Shown here: positions 59,946-64,000 of the stretch, one piece after another
Numbering within the stretch: position 1 is the first letter of the stretch
Layout of the letters: every line of letters starts with the position of its first letter
From: a virus
Reading direction: 5' to 3' (one strand)
Length of the DNA stretch: 64,000 nucleotides
Virus record (IMG/VR): IMGVR_UViG_3300010430_000014
Location: 25,162-89,161 of that record
Translations under genes and position numbers: made by a program
Notes under the pieces: model-generated
Databases searched by the model: none
What the model was told of the DNA's origin: nothing
The model's input: the letters and a program-made list of their open reading frames with translations, nothing else

Positions 59946-62900
59946 TTACGTGCCACATCGTTCCAACCCCAACATAAAAGATGGTTTTTCCAACAAACTT
60001 ATCATATCCGGCTTTTCAAGTAATGAAGTAAAACAATATCGAGAATTAGCCAAAACAATTACTGTATAAACAAGAGCATCCATAAAAGTTGATTCGTAAA
60101 AATTACCTTTTAATAAACCATCTAAATTTGTAAACTCAGTTATTTCTTTAACGATTATAGCGTCCATTTGCATTTCTAAAATATCACCGCCATAAAGAAC
60201 AGCATCTAAAAAAACTAATTTCTCTATATCCATTTTTTGCAATAAAGCATCCAACTCAACCGTTTTAGTTATACCCAATGTAACAAGTAATGCGTCTATT
60301 TCTGATGTTAAAGTAAATAATTTAAATATCTGAGAATCCATTACTGCCATTCTTTGAAGATTAACTTCTTGCAATAATGCATCCATAGAAATATTTTTTA
60401 AAATTATCTTTATAAGTAATGCATCTAATACTGATGATACAATATTTACTTTTACAAGCAATGCATCTAAATCTATAGTTGTTATAAGTCCTGTACCTTG
60501 AATCATTACATCCAACGAAGCATAATTTAACAAATCGGGTTTTATCAAAAAAGCATCCAATGATGTTATAATTTGACTTATTTCCATAGAATACAAAATT
60601 GCATCCAATGAAGTTGTTATTAATTTAGATGATTTTATCAAAGCATCTATAGATAAAGAAGTTTCAATGCCCAATTTAATTAAATAAGCATCTAAAGAAA
60701 TCTCCATTGTTCTTGTTTTATTTAATAATACATCCAAAGATAAGGATGCTATTTCATCAACAATTGTTAATAGACCATCCAGGGATATATTTTGTAATTG
60801 TTCTTTTTTAACAATGGCATCCAACGATGTATTTACCTCAATCCCTAATGAAGAAAGAAAAGCATCTAAGGATAAACTTACTGTAATTCCTACTTCATTT
60901 AATAATGCATCCAAATCTGCATCAATCAAAATTGTATCAAATAAAAAAGAATCCAATGAAGTTGATGTTGTTAACCCCATTTCCTTTAATAAAGCATCAA
61001 AACTAAAAGAAACTGTAATTGATTTTTTAAACAAAGCATCTAAAGAAACTCCAATTTCTATATACTGTTTTGTAAGAAGTGCATCTATCGAGAAATCCTT
61101 TACTAACCCGATCTTATTTAATAGGGCATCCAAATCAGTAGTAGTTAAATTTAATTTACTTAAAATTGAATCTAAAGAAGTTGATACTGTTAAACCCAAT
61201 TTATTAAGCAATGCGTCTAAATTAGTAGTAACTAAACCTGCTTGTTCTAATATAGCATCAAGTGAAGATTCAAAAGTCAAATTTAATTTTTGAAGATAAG
61301 CATCCAAGTCTGTAGTAACTAAACCCAATTTGCTTAGAATTGAATCTAATGAAGACTCTGAAGTTAGATTCAATCCTTTTAATAATGCATCCAGTGAAGA
61401 TTCAAAAGTTAAATCTAATTTTTGAAGGTAAGCATCCAGTTCATTGGTTTTTTCTATTCCTAATTTATTAAGTAATGCATCCAAATTAACAGTAACCAAA
61501 CCCAATTTACTTAACAATGCATCTAATGAAAGATCTTCTGTTAATCCTAATTTATTAAGCAATACATCAAAATTAGATTCAATAGTAAGATCTAATCCTT
61601 TTAACAATGCGTCTAATTCATTGGTTTTTTCTATTCCCAATTTACTAAACAACGCATCTAATGAAAGATCTTCTGTTAATCCTAATTTATTTAACAAGGC
61701 ATCTAAATTTGTAGTAACTAATCCCAATTTATTTAACAGGGCATCCAAAGAAGTTGATACTGTTAAACCCAATTTATTAAGTAGTGCATCCAAATTAACA
61801 GTAACCAAACCCAATTCACTTAACAATGCATCTAAAGAAAGATCTTCCGTTAATCCTAATTTATTTAACAGAGCATCAAGGTTAACAAAAATTACATCTG
61901 CCTGTATTAAAATCGCATCTAACGAAATATCAGAAGTTAAATTTAATTTATTAAGCAAAGCATCCAAGTCTGTAGTAACTAAACCCAATTTGCTTAATAG
62001 AACATCTAACGAAATATCAGAAGTTAAATTTAATCCTTTTAATAATGCATCCAAAGAAGAATCCACAGTTAAATTTAATTTTTGAAGATATGCATCCAGT
62101 TCATTAGTTTTTTCTATTCCTAATTTACTAAGCAACGCATCTAAAGAAATAATTTTCATATATGTTTTAACAAGGAATGCATCTAAATCAACAGTAGCTA
62201 AACCCAATTTATTTAATAATGCATCCAATGAAGATTCAAAAGTTAAATTTAACTTTTGAAGATAGGCATCCAAAGAAGAATCAAAAGTTAGATCTAATTT
62301 TTGAAGGTAAGCATCCAGTTCATTAGTCTTCTCTATTCCTAATTTATTTAATAAAGCATCGAGATCAGTAGTAACTAAATTTAATTTACTTAATAGAGCA
62401 TCCAGTGAAGATTCAAAGGTTAATCCTATTTTATTAAGTAGGGCATCTAATGAAGATTCAAAAGTTAAATTTAATTTTTGAAGATAAGCATCTAATTCAT
62501 TAGTCTTTTCTATCCCCAACAAAGAAAGAAAAGCATCCAATGAAAAATCTCTTACAACTAACTTACTGAGCAAAGCATCCAAGTCTGTAGTAACTAAACC
62601 CAATTTGCTTAGAATTGAATCTAAAGATGTATCAATCGTTAAACCTGTAACTTTTAATATTGCATCTAACTCAGTTGTCTTTTCAACATCTAATTTTTTC
62701 AACAATGAATCTAAAGAAGATTCAACAGTAAGATCTAATCCTTTTAACAACGCATCCAAAGAGGAATCAGCAGTTAGATTTAATTTTTGAAGATAAGCGT
62801 CTAATTCATTAGTAGTTAATCCTAATTTACTCAAAATTGAATCTAACGAAAGAGTTTCAATTTGTAAATATGTAAGCAAAGCATCTAATTCTGCTTGTTT

Positions 62901-63791
62901 TTCAATTGCCAATATTTGAAGCAAAGAATCTAAAGAAGCATCCTCAGTCAACCCTACCTTACTTAACAAAGCATCTAAATCAGTTGCTATTGTATATTCC
63001 TTTTGTAATTGAGCATCCAATGATGTTGTAACAGTTTTTAAAATACTCAAAATTGCATCCAATGAAATCTCTTTGGTTTCATCAACTACTTTTAATAAAG
63101 CATCCAATGAAATATTTTCAGTAATTTCCTCAGAAACAAAAGCATCCAATGACGTTGAAATGCTAAGTCCTAATTTATTTAATAAGGCATCCAAAGATAA
63201 AGATATTGTAATATCAGATTGTTTTAACAGAGCATCGAGATCAACAGTTTTTTCAATATCTATATTTTGTAATAAAGCATCCAAAGAAGATGATGCTGTT
63301 AACCCCATTTCTTTTAACAAAGCATCCAGGGATAATGATTCAAAGCCAGTTTCTTTAAGTAAAGCATCCAATGCAATTTCTTTAATTATACCTATCTTAC
63401 TTAATAATGCGTCTAAAGATAATTGTTTTTCAATAATCTCCTGTAATAAAGCATCCAAATTTATATCTTTAGTTTGCATATACACTAATAAAGCATCTAA
63501 ATTTATATCTTCAGATACTATCTTTTTTAAAAATGCATCCATTGCAGCTTCTTCAGTTAAATCTAATTTACTTAAATAAGCATCCAATGAAAGAGTTTTA
63601 GTCTGCAAATATGCAAGCACAGCATCCAAAGATAAAGTAACTGGAATTGTTTTTTGAAGATAAGAATCTAATGATACATTACTTGATAATACCTTTTTTA
63701 ATAAGGAATCTAAACTACTTGCCTCTGTGTAAGTCGTAAAACCTGCACTTACCTCAACGTTCCATATTATTTTATCTCCATGAATACCCAT
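59946..63791 (-). CDS. Giant LDA-repeat protein (roughly 80 repeats of ~15-16 aa)
   Basis: Nearly the whole 1281 aa is (S/D/E)LD(A/S)(L/I/Y)LxKxxx units; the count is estimated from length divided by period. Confidence 0.85.
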   Translation of the reverse strand: MGIHGDKIIWNVEVSAGFTTYTEASSLDSLLKKVLSSNVSLDSYLQKTIPVTLSLDAVLAYLQTKTLSLDAYLSKLDLTEEAAMDAFLKKIVSEDINLDALLVYMQTKDINLDALLQEIIEKQLSLDALLSKIGIIKEIALDALLKETGFESLSLDALLKEMGLTASSSLDALLQNIDIEKTVDLDALLKQSDITISLSLDALLNKLGLSISTSLDAFVSEEITENISLDALLKVVDETKEISLDAILSILKTVTTSLDAQLQKEYTIATDLDALLSKVGLTEDASLDSLLQILAIEKQAELDALLTYLQIETLSLDSILSKLGLTTNELDAYLQKLNLTADSSLDALLKGLDLTVESSLDSLLKKLDVEKTTELDAILKVTGLTIDTSLDSILSKLGLVTTDLDALLSKLVVRDFSLDAFLSLLGIEKTNELDAYLQKLNLTFESSLDALLNKIGLTFESSLDALLSKLNLVTTDLDALLNKLGIEKTNELDAYLQKLDLTFDSSLDAYLQKLNLTFESSLDALLNKLGLATVDLDAFLVKTYMKIISLDALLSKLGIEKTNELDAYLQKLNLTVDSSLDALLKGLNLTSDISLDVLLSKLGLVTTDLDALLNKLNLTSDISLDAILIQADVIFVNLDALLNKLGLTEDLSLDALLSELGLVTVNLDALLNKLGLTVSTSLDALLNKLGLVTTNLDALLNKLGLTEDLSLDALFSKLGIEKTNELDALLKGLDLTIESNFDVLLNKLGLTEDLSLDALLSKLGLVTVNLDALLNKLGIEKTNELDAYLQKLDLTFESSLDALLKGLNLTSESSLDSILSKLGLVTTDLDAYLQKLNLTFESSLDAILEQAGLVTTNLDALLNKLGLTVSTSLDSILSKLNLTTTDLDALLNKIGLVKDFSIDALLTKQYIEIGVSLDALFKKSITVSFSFDALLKEMGLTTSTSLDSFLFDTILIDADLDALLNEVGITVSLSLDAFLSSLGIEVNTSLDAIVKKEQLQNISLDGLLTIVDEIASLSLDVLLNKTRTMEISLDAYLIKLGIETSLSIDALIKSSKLITTSLDAILYSMEISQIITSLDAFLIKPDLLNYASLDVMIQGTGLITTIDLDALLVKVNIVSSVLDALLIKIILKNISMDALLQEVNLQRMAVMDSQIFKLFTLTSEIDALLVTLGITKTVELDALLQKMDIEKLVFLDAVLYGGDILEMQMDAIIVKEITEFTNLDGLLKGNFYESTFMDALVYTVIVLANSRYCFTSLLEKPDMISLLEKPSFMLGLERCGT
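60020..63730 (-). repeat. Degenerate tandem coding repeat, ~45-48 bp period
   Basis: GCATC(C/T)A recurs throughout; exact 52-bp copies at 61298-61349 and 62573-62624. Confidence 0.9.
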
Positions 63792-64000
63792 TAGGCTACC
63801 GATACAATATAGGAATCAATGTCTTTTGCTGTTGAAGGTAAAGTCATTTCTGAAGCGTACCCATAAGCAGCAAGTCCGTAGGTATAAACACCTGCAAAAA
63901 CGTAAGTACCATCTCCATGAATACCAAATTGATCGCCTTTAATATGTTCCGTAGACAAACGAACAAAATTACTTCCATCAAAAGTAAATACTTCAATACC
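63791..64000 (-). CDS. Partial CDS (C-terminus): LVIVD-like beta-propeller ending in one LDA-like unit
   Basis: Own translation: GIEVFTFDGSNF...GIHGDGTYVFAG...GLAAY...AKDIDSYIVSVA*; TAATG coupling to the repeat gene. Confidence 0.65.
   Translation of the reverse strand, partial: GIEVFTFDGSNFVRLSTEHIKGDQFGIHGDGTYVFAGVYTYGLAAYGYASEMTLPSTAKDIDSYIVSVA

Larger units (their letters stand above)
1..64000. mobile_element. Segment of a large tailed dsDNA phage genome (replication arm on +, tail arm on -)
   Basis: Dense co-oriented ORFs; phage-type replication set on +, tape measure/tail tip set on -; no host housekeeping genes, integrase or att site seen. Confidence 0.95.

Noticed and set aside
60814-63579. 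+ strand ORFs (60814, 61444, 62605, 63073; also 41896) with ASN/ASK repeats
   Set aside because: Antisense shadows of the LDA repeats, with no RBS.
59946-63791. CRISPR array or non-coding tandem repeat
   Set aside because: Units vary at synonymous positions and keep one open frame; there is no constant repeat with unique spacers.
1-64000. Stop-codon reassignment
   Set aside because: Genes are full length and tightly packed in the standard code; TAA, TAG and TGA all end genes.
1-64000. tRNA, rRNA, integrase or transposase
   Set aside because: No such motifs seen, and intergenic gaps are mostly too short.

Overview
The whole window reads as part of a large, very AT-rich tailed phage genome (siphovirus-type tail), in standard genetic code, with two convergent arms meeting at ~28.4 kb. 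The + arm (1-28.4 kb) holds early hypotheticals and a DNA replication/recombination module: a family A DNA polymerase split into two genes (degenerate UDG + 3'-5' exonuclease half, and polymerase half), a Ycf46-like AAA+/DUF1257/DUF2997-like cluster, UvsY-like, SSB, RecA-like, a Holliday junction resolvase, a three-piece SbcC/Rad50 with SbcD/Mre11, a 5'-3' exonuclease, DnaB and SF2 helicases, primase, two paralogous SAM methyltransferases and an amidase. The - arm (28.4-64 kb) holds tail genes: a chaperone with a -1 frameshift, tape measure, distal tail, hub, NlpC/P60, two paralogous tail-tip proteins and many fibre/receptor-binding candidates, interleaved with three glycosyltransferases. The two best candidates for undescribed systems are (1) a short basic-hydrophobic peptide ([KR]-[LIM]-x-[LF], e.g. 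KRKLTF*, MARLSL) at the termini of about ten unrelated replication-arm proteins, suggesting a shared docking code, and (2) three sets of short-period repeat 'scaffold' proteins, each next to a small beta-rich subunit gene, suggesting repeat-templated and possibly glycosylated virion filaments. All product calls come from motif recognition by eye; no searches were run.
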